Assembly: GCA_965242965.1 (NCBI GenBank)
Contig: OZ251518.1
Span: forward strand, 992,001 to 1,056,000
Direction of reading: 5' to 3'
DNA length: 64,000 nucleotides
DNA from: Candidatus Poribacteria bacterium
GTDB taxonomy: Bacteria; Poribacteria; WGA-4E; WGA-3G
Positions 37,714-49,423 of this stretch are shown piece by piece. Both the position numbers and the translations under genes were made by a program. Below the pieces are notes generated by a model. It saw only the letters and a program-made list of their open reading frames with translations, ran no database searches and was not told where the DNA came from. Positions within the stretch are counted from its first letter, which is position 1, and each line of letters opens with the position of its first letter.

Positions 37714-37734
37714 TCTCGCGGTGTTTTGTGTTGT

Positions 37735-37773
37735 GCGCGGGTGGTGGCCTATGGGTTGCCGCCCGCGTTTTTC
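37735..37773 (+). terminator. Rho-independent terminator
   Basis: gcgcgggtggtggcc-tatg-ggttgccgcccgcgt followed by a T run. Confidence 0.65.
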
Positions 37774-37779
37774 TTCTGT

Positions 37780-37960
37780 CTGAATCAGGATTTACGGGAT
37801 TATAGGATTTTCAGGATGAGGGGCGGCGTTTTTTATCGTAGCGCGGGGGCCTGTCCCCCGCGATCTTCTGGTAGACCGGAGCATGGCGAGGGACAGGCCC
37901 TCGCCCTACGGTGAGAGGGGCCGTTCTGTATGGCGAGGGACAGGCCCTCGCCCTACGGGC
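37780..37960. repeat. 9-nt caggattt repeats plus REP cluster
   Basis: aatcaggatttacgggattataggattttcaggat, followed by three GTAG hairpins. Confidence 0.75.
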
Positions 37961-37980
37961 CGGGGGGATGGCTGGTGCTA

Positions 37981-40900
37981 TCAAAACGTTTCGGTGAAGA
38001 TTGGGGAGAGGTAGGTTGGATTGTCCCGGTCCAGGCCTGGGAAAAGGATATGCTGTTTCGCAAAAGCCGCTTCGTCCATGTCCCATTTTTTGCGGAGAAC
38101 GACGAAACGAGTCCTCGAAATGATGAAGGCATCTAGCTGCACATGCTCGCCGCGGAAGCGGTTGTAGGACAAATCACGCAGGCGTTTGAAAAGGTTCACT
38201 TTATCGTTGCGCGCGTTAATCGCCTCATGCACCATGCCGTGCGGTTCAATGAAGACGATGCGTTGTTTCATCCCCTCGGTTATCCAGAGGATGAAATCGG
38301 GGTAGAAGCCTTCGTTGTGATAGAAACCGATGCCTTTGCCGCGGCTCTGGTTTCGGAGGAGAAATATCTCCTTTTCGGCGAGGTGTTTTTCTCGGTGCAA
38401 GCGGACGTAAAGGTGCAGATCAGCGACGAAGCGTTGCTCACTTTCCTCCAAAGCCGGCGGCGAAGTTTTCGCTTCGCCTACCGTGAGTAGCGGTTGATAG
38501 AGATGCCTGTCGTTGTAAACGTTGGGCAGGGCTGCCAATTTTAAATCGGGCCCGTAAATCTCTTCGGCTTCTATGAGTTTGCGGATGAGGGGTTCAAGTT
38601 CGGCTGCCTTCGCGCGGGGAATATAGACAGTCCAATCGGTGAAATTGGCATCGTTTTCGTCTAATCGTCCTGGTCGGACGCGATTTTCGCTCCACCGTTT
38701 CCGAACGTTGCCGTAGAATTTGGCGATATACTTGCGCAGAAGCGTCAGCACCAATGCCTCTAATCGCTCGAGGTCTGCCACGGTTTCCGGTTTAACTTCG
38801 GATTTGTGCATGACGGTAAGGCCATACAAGTCTCTTCCCGGCTCCAGAATCTGCTTGAGGACTTCGGTATCAAACACGAGGTTATGAAACCGCTTTTCCT
38901 GTTTGTATTCAAGCAACTGGAGATGAATCTTCTCCCAGTCTATCCATTTTAAACTGGCTTCTGGGATTTTGCGTTCCAAAGCCGCTCTCGCTTCGTCGGT
39001 TTGAATGCCCGCCTCGGTGCTGCTCCCGATGATATCAACTTGCTGCGTGCTGTGGGTGATATAGGCGTTGATATCGGGTTGAAGACGAACGCATTCGCCT
39101 TCGGCAGATGTGTCGTATGCCTTGACAACCGGCACGAAGAGGCGGCGTTCAAGGAAGTCCTTGTGGTGCCGAATCGGCACGACTAATTGGACAGGCTCTT
39201 CGACGGGAACGCCTTCGCGGGTGAGATACTCGCGGAATTGCGCCATGAAATTGGCGCGCACGGCGAAGATGTTGAGGGTTTCAAGGAGCGAGAGGTTCGG
39301 CGGGTGTTCGCCGTCGAGGGAGGCACTGCGCTTGAGAGACATGTCTTTGCCGCGGAGGCGCACGCCGCGTCCGAACAGTTGGATGATTTGCGAACCTTCC
39401 TGTCTGCCAATGTTGAGCAATCCCATTGCGCTGACGCGCCAGCTGTCCCATCCTTCAATGAATTTCTTCGCGCCGATGAGGATATTGATGGGGCTGTTGG
39501 GCTGGTTGATGTCGCTGAAGAAGCCTTCTGCCATGACATCTTCGGGTTCGGTGACGATGCCGCTGTTATCGGCGGCTACCAGTTTTTTGAAGGCGGGGGT
39601 GTCGCCGATGTAGATGAGCCCGAAGGAGTCGGTGCCGTTCGTCGCTTTTAAGGCGATTTCTCCCTGCGCGCTGCGGACATCATACAGATGCAACGCGCCG
39701 CTCGTGCTGGTGTGGAAAATCTCGCTGAGGATGCCGTTGTAAATTGCATCCGCCGTTTCGCCTTTATCGTTGAGATAGGCGAAGCGGTTGGTGAAGACAT
39801 CGGTGCCCTCTTCATCGGCTAATCCGGAATTGCCGTTCAGAATTTCGGCGATGGTGCGGATTGCCCACCCGTTTTCGTTTGCTAATACCCGATGGAGAAA
39901 ACGGATGACGTTAAGCACATCGGAACCTTTTTCACCCTTTTTCCCAAGCATAACGTTGACCTTACTGCCGACGAATGCCCACAAAGGGAGCTCTAATCCG
40001 TAGGCGCGCACCGCGTCGGTGTTTTCTCTGAAATACTTGCGCTGTTCGTAAAAGCTGAGCAGATTGCCCATAAGCAAGGTGCCGGTTTGGGTTTCCTCAT
40101 CGTGTTTGACGTTGAGGATGCGGAAGTTTTTGCCGTAGCCGTCGCCGTAAAAATAACGGTAGGAGTAGTCAAAGACGATTGCCTTGCCGTATTCCTCGAC
40201 GAGTTCGGCGTTTTTGGCGGCGGCGAGTGCCTGTCCAAAGGTTGCGCTGTATTCAAAGGTGAAACCGGTTTGCGCCAGGTCTTCGCGATAACTGCGCCAG
40301 ACGTTGCCGCCGCTGCCTTTGTGTCCTTCATCAACGAAGATGAGGTTGTTTCCCTCAAATGCTTCGACAGGGACGCTGACTCCGCCGCCGCTTTTCTCCT
40401 CAACAAGTTTGGTAATTTCGATGACCTGGACGGCGTTTGGGCGGCGTGAAAGTTTGTTGCCCTCCACGTTAAAGCGTTCGCAGGGGATATCGGAGGCGGC
40501 GAGTTCGCGGAGGTGCTGCTCGCTCAACCCTTCGTTCGGCGTGATGAGGACGATGTGCTCTAACGGCGCATCGCAATAATGCAAATACTGCCGATAGTTG
40601 AGGTGCATGATGAGCGTCTTGCCTGCCCCGGTAGCCATCCAAAAGGCGAGTTTCTCGATGTCTTCCGGTGTGAACGGGACATCTTGGGCATCGCCGGGGG
40701 CTCTCGCTGCATTGCGTTTTTCGACAAAGGCGTTGAGTTCGGCGAGGAGTTGGCGCGGGTGGTTAAATTTCCTGTCCAAGAAAATCTCGGTATAAAGCAC
40801 GGCGAGTGACTGGAAATAGCGGAGGCTGATGGGCGCGGTGCGCGTCCGGTTGATTGCGGCGAGGTGCTTCTGGATATTCGCATCGTAAGTCGGCAGCATG

Positions 40901-41094
40901 GCGTGTATCGCCGAGTCGGGTTCGGTGCGAGAGAGGAGGTGTGCGCAGACGGGTGAGAGTCCGTCTGCGCTGTATCCTTCGTCTACGCGTTGTGCGTCGG
41001 CGAGCAGTTCGCGGGTGTTTTGGTATCCGAACTGGTCGTTGAGCCATGCGTGGAGCGTGAGGTGCTCTTGGAGTTGCGGGTGTTTTTTGGGCAT
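37981..41094 (-). CDS. res: Type III restriction enzyme Res subunit
   Basis: MATGAGKT, DEGH, SAT, EGWD, QLFGRGVR, nuclease FYPDF...FIEPHG. Confidence 0.92.
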   Translation of the reverse strand: MPKKHPQLQEHLTLHAWLNDQFGYQNTRELLADAQRVDEGYSADGLSPVCAHLLSRTEPDSAIHAMLPTYDANIQKHLAAINRTRTAPISLRYFQSLAVLYTEIFLDRKFNHPRQLLAELNAFVEKRNAARAPGDAQDVPFTPEDIEKLAFWMATGAGKTLIMHLNYRQYLHYCDAPLEHIVLITPNEGLSEQHLRELAASDIPCERFNVEGNKLSRRPNAVQVIEITKLVEEKSGGGVSVPVEAFEGNNLIFVDEGHKGSGGNVWRSYREDLAQTGFTFEYSATFGQALAAAKNAELVEEYGKAIVFDYSYRYFYGDGYGKNFRILNVKHDEETQTGTLLMGNLLSFYEQRKYFRENTDAVRAYGLELPLWAFVGSKVNVMLGKKGEKGSDVLNVIRFLHRVLANENGWAIRTIAEILNGNSGLADEEGTDVFTNRFAYLNDKGETADAIYNGILSEIFHTSTSGALHLYDVRSAQGEIALKATNGTDSFGLIYIGDTPAFKKLVAADNSGIVTEPEDVMAEGFFSDINQPNSPINILIGAKKFIEGWDSWRVSAMGLLNIGRQEGSQIIQLFGRGVRLRGKDMSLKRSASLDGEHPPNLSLLETLNIFAVRANFMAQFREYLTREGVPVEEPVQLVVPIRHHKDFLERRLFVPVVKAYDTSAEGECVRLQPDINAYITHSTQQVDIIGSSTEAGIQTDEARAALERKIPEASLKWIDWEKIHLQLLEYKQEKRFHNLVFDTEVLKQILEPGRDLYGLTVMHKSEVKPETVADLERLEALVLTLLRKYIAKFYGNVRKRWSENRVRPGRLDENDANFTDWTVYIPRAKAAELEPLIRKLIEAEEIYGPDLKLAALPNVYNDRHLYQPLLTVGEAKTSPPALEESEQRFVADLHLYVRLHREKHLAEKEIFLLRNQSRGKGIGFYHNEGFYPDFILWITEGMKQRIVFIEPHGMVHEAINARNDKVNLFKRLRDLSYNRFRGEHVQLDAFIISRTRFVVLRKKWDMDEAAFAKQHILFPGLDRDNPTYLSPIFTETF

Positions 41095-41199
41095 ACTGGG
41101 TATTCCTTTTGCAAATTGTCTGACGGAAGTGGGAACTTGAACGTATTTTAACACGCTTCTGGAAATTTGTCAAGAAATTTGAATAGCGGTTAATTGTCC

Positions 41200-41505
41200 A
41201 CATTAAGGACCTAAAGGACCTTGAGAAAGTTTGAAAATACGTTTTTCTATAGACATTTAGGTCCTAACGGACCTAGGGAGATGGAATGCATGCGGAGGAC
41301 AGGCCCCCGCGCTACGGGAAAAAACGCCACCCCTTCACGTAGGGCGAGGGCCTGTCCCTCGCCATGCAACGATCGCGGGGGACAGGCCCCCGCGCTACGG
41401 TGAAGGGGGCGTGTTGCGCGATGTATGCAGGGGATAGGCCCCCACGCTACGGTGCGCGAGAGGTGTTGCGCGCGATGGCATCGAGACCAGGAGGTCTCTC
41501 CTACG
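41200..41505. repeat. Mixed repeat cluster between mod and res
   Basis: AGGAC/GACCT palindromes and several GTAG hairpins. The mod stop TAG is the GTAG of a repeat. Confidence 0.8.
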
Positions 41506-44500
41506 GGGAAGATGACTCGAACATTAAGCGTTTGAATAGGATGTCTAGCACGCAAGCATCCGGGATAACGCTGTTCGTGTTTACATAGACTTTATCCGCG
41601 CCTTCGGTTAGATGATGCTCCTCGATGAAACGGTAATCACGTTCATAATCCAATGAATCCCAATCGGCGGTTTCTCGCCAGATAATGGTGACCTGCTCGT
41701 GGTCGACGGTGCCGCGATAGACGAGATAACGTCTGTTGTCACCGTCCGCATAGCATCGCCGGGTTTGGACCGAGATGCCTAGAAGATAGTTGAAGGTTTC
41801 GGGTAAATCTACCTCCTGCGTTTGCACGGTTAAGCCGTTGACGATTTTGAGGTGATAACTGAACGGATGCTGAAGCTCCTTTACGTTGAGGAACGTCGGG
41901 CTCTCGCGGGTTTCCATGTCAAGCATGTAACTGAGTCGAGGTTCGTCGAGGAGCGTCGGCGCGTCGGCCGTTTCTGCGAATTCGATGTTGTTGAGCGCGT
42001 CTTCGTAAGACTCAATGCGCTGGTATTTGATGAGTTGTGAAAGACGACTCTCGCGCGAGACAGGTGTGCCATCTTTCCACTTTTCAGCGTAAATTGCTTT
42101 CATGACGCGCGGTTTGAGGACGGTGTCAAAGTGATGTCCCATCTCGACGAGGATGTATTTGCGTTTGCCGCCATCTTGGCGATTGAGGTTGATAGTGGCG
42201 TGGGCAGTGGTGCCGCTGCCGCCAAAGTAGTCTAGGACAACGTCACCTTTTCCCAGTGAACACACGCGGAGGCAGTCCTCAATTAGATGGATCGATTTCG
42301 GAAAAGGAAAAGCCAAATTATCGCCGAGCATCTTCGTGAGATGCGTAGTTCCGTATGACGTTGCCGCGTATTCGCTCTTGCCCCACCACGTTTTCGGTAG
42401 GATGCCTTCCGAGTTCAGATACCATTTTAAGCGAATAACGATATTTCCGTTCGCGTTGATCCGCGACGAGATTTGAGACAACTTTTCTTGGAGTGTCTCA
42501 ACCTTGTATCGCCATGTCAATTCTCTACCGTCCGTAGGTCTAATTGGCCAGACCTCTGTTTCATCGGGCCGGGGCGATTCCAAAATTCGCCATTTCTTAG
42601 ATTCATCATCCCATTCCATCTTTGGAATTCGGACACGGTTTTCCTGCACAAAAAGAGGATAAAACAAACGTGGGCGCGATTCGCGTAGTTTATTGGGGCC
42701 TCCGCTATCGTTCCTAACGCCTACCCATTTAAACCGGCCACATGCGTCAACTTCTGAGTAACTCTTCAATTGTTCTTCAGACCATTGCACGCGGCCAACT
42801 TGCGAAGCCTTGCTGATGCCACAGAATATGACATACTCGTGAGCGGCAGCGAATCCTGTTGGCGTTGGGCGACCCGGTGGGTGACTGCAAACTGCAGCAA
42901 CTCCCAATTCGTTTTCTTTTCCAAATACCGTCCAGAGAGCATGCCTTAGGTTAGGACTCTCCACATCATCGATTGCGGCGCAAAGAATGCCATTGTCTGC
43001 TAACAGTTTTTGTGAGACAGCAATTCGGTCAAGAACTAGCGACAACCACGAGGAGTCTCGGTAGTTGTTCTTATACAGAATCGGAGAACCCTTTGTGTTG
43101 TAAGGCGGATCGATGTAGATGGCCTTGAGGGATTCGCGGTATTTCGCCGTGAGGAGGTTTAACGCCTGAAAGTTCTCACCGTAGATGAGAACGCCATCGG
43201 TTTCGGCATCCAGATTGTTAAAGCATGCCACGAGCCGGTCTTGAAAATCGGTGGAGAAGTGGACGGTATCCAAGACGAGATTCGGGTGTTGTTTGAGGAA
43301 ATCGACGGTTAGCGGTTCGGAATAATCTGCGCCGATGAGGTTGCCATTGATTTCATCGATGCTGAAGAGGGATTTCCACGCGTTGCGTTGCGCGATATTC
43401 TCGGCGATTTCGGGGTAGAATGCCTCTGGCACGCGGTCAAGTGTCATGCAATAGTGCGTGGAGAGGACGAACTTCTTTTTGAGCCAGAGGCGTTTCTGGA
43501 ACTCTTCAATGTGCGCGAGGAAGTTGATGATGTCGGTGGCGATGGCGTGAACGGTGCGCGCGGTTTCAAGCATCGAGACCGGGAGGTCTCTCCTACTAGA
43601 AGATGTCGAGACCGGGAGGTCTCGCCTACTGGGGACATCGCTCTCGACCCCCCCCCTTCGCTTACTGTCTGTTTAGTATTATCGGCGATGAGGGTGCTGA
43701 GTTGCACGACTTCGTTTTTGAGGTAAAAGTCAAGTTCGCGGGTGAGGAAGCCGCCCAGGTCTTTGTGGATAAAGAAGTCGGCGGTGTTGCCGCGGGTATA
43801 GGCGCGTAGGTGCTTTTTGAGCGTTGTCACGTCGCCGATGCGGTGATTCAACGCAGCGAGCGCGTCAAAATTGCTGCTGACGCGTTTTAAGATGTCCTCT
43901 TCAGCGGCGTTGATAATTTTGTCCTGCTGCTTTGTGCCGGTGTAACGCTGCTTCTCGGCATCGGTGAGGGGCCGGAATTCAAACGGTATGCGGATTTCGG
44001 CATCGGTGCAGACTACTTCATCGGCGATGGGGATGAAGAAGCGTTTGGTGCCTTGGACGTTATCTTTTTCAACGTTAATGTCGCGAAGCGCGAAGGTGAT
44101 GGACATCCCTTGCGAATTGAATTGATAGGCGGCGAAGTGTTCGCCGCTTTTGACGTAATACTGTTCGCGGTTTGCCCAGTGGAGGTAAATTTCCTCGCCG
44201 TTATAGGGAATGGCGTATCGTTCGGTTTGCGCGTAGCGTCGGCGCGGGATGAAGTCGCCGGTTTCGTAATAGCGCGAAAAGAAGGTATAAAGGTGATTGA
44301 AGATTGCTTCTTCTCGTTGTGCGCGGGAGCGCGGGGAGCCGTGTTGCGCTTTCGCGGTGAGGTATTCCTGCACCAAAGGTGTCTCGCGGAATTTCTCGTT
44401 GATGAGATTTCCGTCTGCGTCCAGCACATCGTCGCCGAGGGTTTTTCGGAGGGTGGCTGCGCGTTCGTCAAGTTCTTGGCGTGCGGATTCGGTGCCGGCG

Positions 44501-44670
44501 TTCTGATCCAGTGCGGCGTTAACGCGCGCGGGGAGTTCATCGTTGATGAACTTCTCGAACTGTGCGCGCCGGAAGTTGATGATGCGGTATATGCCGAAAT
44601 CCAGGTCTGCCGCGTCGGCGCGGAAGAGGGAGTGGAGTAGGGTTTGTAGTTTTTGTTGTGCTTCTTGCAC
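41501..44670 (-). pseudogene. mod: Type III R-M Mod (N6-adenine MTase), frameshifted at G9 tract 43648-43656
   Basis: 5' ORF has DLDFGIYRI, DFFIHKDL; 3' ORF has IYIDPPY, DYFGGSGTT. G10 or G7 fuses them with no stop codon. Confidence 0.9.
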
Positions 44671-44730
44671 TTGCGGCTCCTGTCGTCGCGAATTTTGCTG
44701 GTTATTCAGCGGTTTATTTTGTTACTATAT

Positions 44731-44759
44731 ATTATACGATATTCTGTGGGGAAAGTCAA
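44731..44759 (-). promoter_or_regulatory. sigma70 promoter of mod
   Basis: TTGACT-N17-TATAAT. Confidence 0.75.
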
Positions 44760-44779
44760 GAAAAAAATGAGTAGGAGAT

Positions 44780-44975
44780 GATCAGGATTTTGAGCAGGAT
44801 TTTCAAGAAAAGACAAGATTAGCAAGATTTTGGGGTTCTGATGCATCGAATACCCCGTGGCCTGCCACAACGGTACCGGTGCGTCAGAGACCTAATCCTG
44901 AAAATCGTGTAAATCGTGTAAATCCTGCTCTAAATCGTGTAAATCCTGCTCCTAATCATGTAAATCCTGCTCCGG
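44780..44975. repeat. Inverted clusters of short caggattt / aaatcctg repeats
   Basis: gagcaggattttcaag... opposite (aaatcgtgtaaatcctgctc)n; same family as ~305-340 and 37783-37817. Confidence 0.75.
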
Positions 44976-45066
44976 TTTGGAAAAATTGTTTGCAATAAAG
45001 GTGATTTTGTGGTAAACTATGTTTTGAAAGCATTTTGACTTAATGAAACCGGACAGGAGTGAAATC

Positions 45067-45408
45067 ATGACAGAGAAAGAATTTCGGGAATTTCGCGAAG
45101 ACGTGAAAGAGCGGTTGGTGCGCTTGGAAGGGGAAGTCGCCTATAATCGCCGCGGCATTGATGCGAATCGCCGCGGGATTGATGAGAATCTCCGTCGGAT
45201 TGATGAGAATCACCACGAGATGCAGGCGGATGTTCGGCGTTTGGAGAACGCCGTTGCGCGGGTGGAATCGACTGTGCAGGTGATTCTAACGATGCTGGAG
45301 GAGCGCGAAAAGCATGAAAAACGGAATCGGACGGTGCTAGGTATCATCGTAGGTGCGGCGAGCACGGTGATAGCGGCTGTCGTCAGTTTCTTCATGAGCC
45401 AGCCCTAA
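45067..45408 (+). CDS. Small coiled-coil protein with C-terminal TM anchor (copy 1)
   Basis: AGGAG SD; MTEKEFREFREDVKERLVRLE; heptad repeats NRRGID; C-terminal TM. Promoter TTGCAA-N17-TAAACT at 44990-45018. Confidence 0.85.
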   Translation: MTEKEFREFREDVKERLVRLEGEVAYNRRGIDANRRGIDENLRRIDENHHEMQADVRRLENAVARVESTVQVILTMLEEREKHEKRNRTVLGIIVGAASTVIAAVVSFFMSQP

Positions 45409-45474
45409 TGCCTTGCCGCACGCGAACACGTGGGGCACGCCGGAAACAAAACCGATGCGAAAAGGAGTGAAATC

Positions 45475-45816
45475 ATGACTGAAAAAGAATTTCAGGAATT
45501 TCGGGAAGACGTGAAAGAGCGGTTGGTGCGTTTGGAAACGGAGCAGGTGGAGTTCCGCCGTCGCTTGGAAACGGGGTTAGCAGAGAATCGCCGCAGCAGT
45601 GATGACAATCGCCGCGGGATCGAAGCTGTAAATGTGAAGGTGCAGGAGGTGCAGCTTGCGGTGGAAGAGATTCGGGCGGATGTGCGCGTCATCCTGACGA
45701 AGTTAGATGAACGTGAAAAGCACCAGAAACGGAATTTGACGGTGTGGGGTGTCGTCATCGCGGGGGCGAGCGCGCTTGTCTCGGCTGTCGTTAGTTTCTT
45801 TTCGACGCGGCCCTAG
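45475..45816 (+). CDS. Small coiled-coil protein with C-terminal TM anchor (copy 2)
   Basis: Same SD and N-terminus; C-terminal half identical to copy 3. Confidence 0.85.
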   Translation: MTEKEFQEFREDVKERLVRLETEQVEFRRRLETGLAENRRSSDDNRRGIEAVNVKVQEVQLAVEEIRADVRVILTKLDEREKHQKRNLTVWGVVIAGASALVSAVVSFFSTRP

Positions 45817-45920
45817 CGGCGATTAGGGGCGCGCTTAACTCTGCTTTAGAAAGGCGGATGCCAAACCGAACCACGGAGACGGCTGTGATGTTTGTCTCTG
45901 ATGCTAAAAGGAGTTGAATC

Positions 45921-46229
45921 ATGACTGAAAAGGAATTTCGTGACTTTCGCGATGACGTGAAAGAGCGGTTGGTGCGCTTGGAAGGTGAGGTCTCGTATAA
46001 TCGCCGCGGGATTGACGAAAACCACCGCGAGATTCAAGCCGTGAATGTGAAAGTGCAGGCGTTGCAGCTTGCGGTGGAAGAGATTCGGGCGGATGTGCGT
46101 GTCATCTTGACGAAGTTAGATGAACGTGAGAAGCACCAGAAACGGAATTTGACGGTGTGGGGTGTCGTCATCGCGGGGGCGAGCGCGCTTGTCTCGGCTG
46201 TCGTTAGTTTCTTTTCGACGCGGCCCTAG
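45921..46229 (+). CDS. Small coiled-coil protein with C-terminal TM anchor (copy 3)
   Basis: N-terminus like copy 1, C-terminus like copy 2. Confidence 0.85.
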   Translation: MTEKEFRDFRDDVKERLVRLEGEVSYNRRGIDENHREIQAVNVKVQALQLAVEEIRADVRVILTKLDEREKHQKRNLTVWGVVIAGASALVSAVVSFFSTRP

Positions 46230-46239
46230 CGGCGATTGA

Positions 46240-46425
46240 GGGCATCGAGAGCGGGAGTATTGCATCGAGACCTAGAGATCGCGGGGGAAACCCGCTCGGA
46301 TGCGCGTGTGGCATCCGAGGGCCCCGCGCTACGGTGAGGTGAGGGTGCCGTGTGAAATTGCATCGAGACCGGGAGGTCTCTCCTACCGGGATATTGCATC
46401 GAGACCGGGAGGTCTCTCCTACAAT
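46240..46425. repeat. REP-like cluster
   Basis: attgcatcgagaccgggaggtctctcctac copies plus the composite hairpin. Confidence 0.8.
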
Positions 46426-46449
46426 AAAATGACATGGATAAAAAATTTC

Positions 46450-46478
46450 TTGACAAAAAAGCGCGAATATGTGATAAT
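46450..46478 (+). promoter_or_regulatory. guaB promoter
   Basis: TTGACA-N17-GATAAT with TG. Confidence 0.65.
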
Positions 46479-46557
46479 ATTGTCACCGTTAGTGAAAAAC
46501 GTTCAAAAACCTGCATTGCGCAGGCGAGAGGATAGGGTTTTCTGTTTTGTAGCGTAA

Positions 46558-48069
<1,512 letters not shown>

Positions 48070-48151
48070 AGGACAGACGCGAATGCCACGATTTTTTACG
48101 GGTTCGTTTCGCGTCTTTTCTAACTGATCTAACCGAGAAAGGAACGCTGTT

Positions 48152-48700
48152 ATGAAAGTTAACGAAGAAATGTCGTTTTGGGATAGACTCTATATCCCGG
48201 CTTTGCTCAAGGGCATGTTGACGACGTTGAAGCATATCCCGAAGAAGAAGTTCACCTATCAGTATCCGGAAGACCCGAGGAGCGTCACCGAGCGCAACGA
48301 GCGGTATCGGGGGATTCACAAGTTGACGACAACGGACAAGGACGAGATCAAGTGCGTTGCGTGCTTCTTATGCGCCACGGCGTGTCCTGCTGATTGCATC
48401 ACGATTCAGGCCGCGCCTGCGCCTGAAGGCTGGACGACGAAGGAAGGGTATCCGCGCGAGAAGTATCCGGATGTCTTTGAGATTAACATGCTGCGGTGCA
48501 TTTTCTGCGGCTACTGCGTTGAGGCGTGCCCGGAGGATGCTATCCGCATGACGGGTTTGACGTTGCCGCAGTATTTCCGGGAGCGGCAGCAGGCGGGAGA
48601 GAGCCTCGGTAGCAACCGGAAGGATTTCATTTTCGACCGGGGTATGCTCGTCGCGAACAACGATATTCCGCAGGAAGGGCTCAGCGTTGAGGCACAGTAG
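48152..48700 (+). CDS. nuoI: NADH-quinone oxidoreductase subunit I (stand-alone)
   Basis: TYQYPE, RYRGIH, CVACFLCATACP, RCIFCGYCVEACP. Confidence 0.88.
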   Translation: MKVNEEMSFWDRLYIPALLKGMLTTLKHIPKKKFTYQYPEDPRSVTERNERYRGIHKLTTTDKDEIKCVACFLCATACPADCITIQAAPAPEGWTTKEGYPREKYPDVFEINMLRCIFCGYCVEACPEDAIRMTGLTLPQYFRERQQAGESLGSNRKDFIFDRGMLVANNDIPQEGLSVEAQ

Positions 48701-49277
48701 GAGTAGGCGCGAGCGCGGGCATCCGTCTCATCTCCATGCGCCGTTTCCGAACAAACGGTATGACATCATCTACGCTGATCCGCCGTGGGATTACAAGGGG
48801 CAGCTTCAGCATACGGGTGCCGGTGGCCGAGACAGCGGTGGCGCGGTTCGGCATTACCGGACAGTCCCTGTTTCGGAGATGGCGGCGTGGGATATCGCGG
48901 CGATTAGCGCGGCGGATTGTCTCCTCTTTATGTGGAGTTCCTCGCCGCATCTGGACCAGGCGATAACCCTCGGCAAGGCGTGGGGCTTCCAATGGGCCAC
49001 CGTGGCGTTTGTCTGGGATAAGCAGGCTGTGAACCCCGGTTTCTACACGATGAGCCAGTGCGAATTGTGCCTTGTTTTCAAACGGGGTAAGATTCCGCAG
49101 CCGCGCGGTGCGAGAAACGTGAGACAGCTGGTGCAGGCGAAACGGACGCGCCATTCTGAAAAGCCGGATGCGGTGCGGGACCGGATTGACGCGATGTTTC
49201 CGCACCATCGTAAGATTGAGCTCTTCGCACGCAAGCAGAGCCCAGGATGGGATGTGTGGGGGCTTGAGAGCGGGTAG
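48687..49277 (+). CDS. MT-A70 family adenine methyltransferase
   Basis: IIYADPPW, LFMW, AWGF, HSEKP, IELFAR, GWDVWG. Start uncertain. Confidence 0.88.
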   Translation: MRHSRSRRERGHPSHLHAPFPNKRYDIIYADPPWDYKGQLQHTGAGGRDSGGAVRHYRTVPVSEMAAWDIAAISAADCLLFMWSSSPHLDQAITLGKAWGFQWATVAFVWDKQAVNPGFYTMSQCELCLVFKRGKIPQPRGARNVRQLVQAKRTRHSEKPDAVRDRIDAMFPHHRKIELFARKQSPGWDVWGLESG

Positions 49278-49423
49278 TTAAGAGCATTGAGACCGGCATT
49301 GCATCGAGCCCCGAGGTCTCGCCTACCGGGGAGATGTCGGGTTCCTCTGTAGTTTGCGCTCGCCTGAGCGCAAACAGGATATCCTTCATAACTGGAGGGA
49401 TTGAATTTATTGAATTTATTGAC

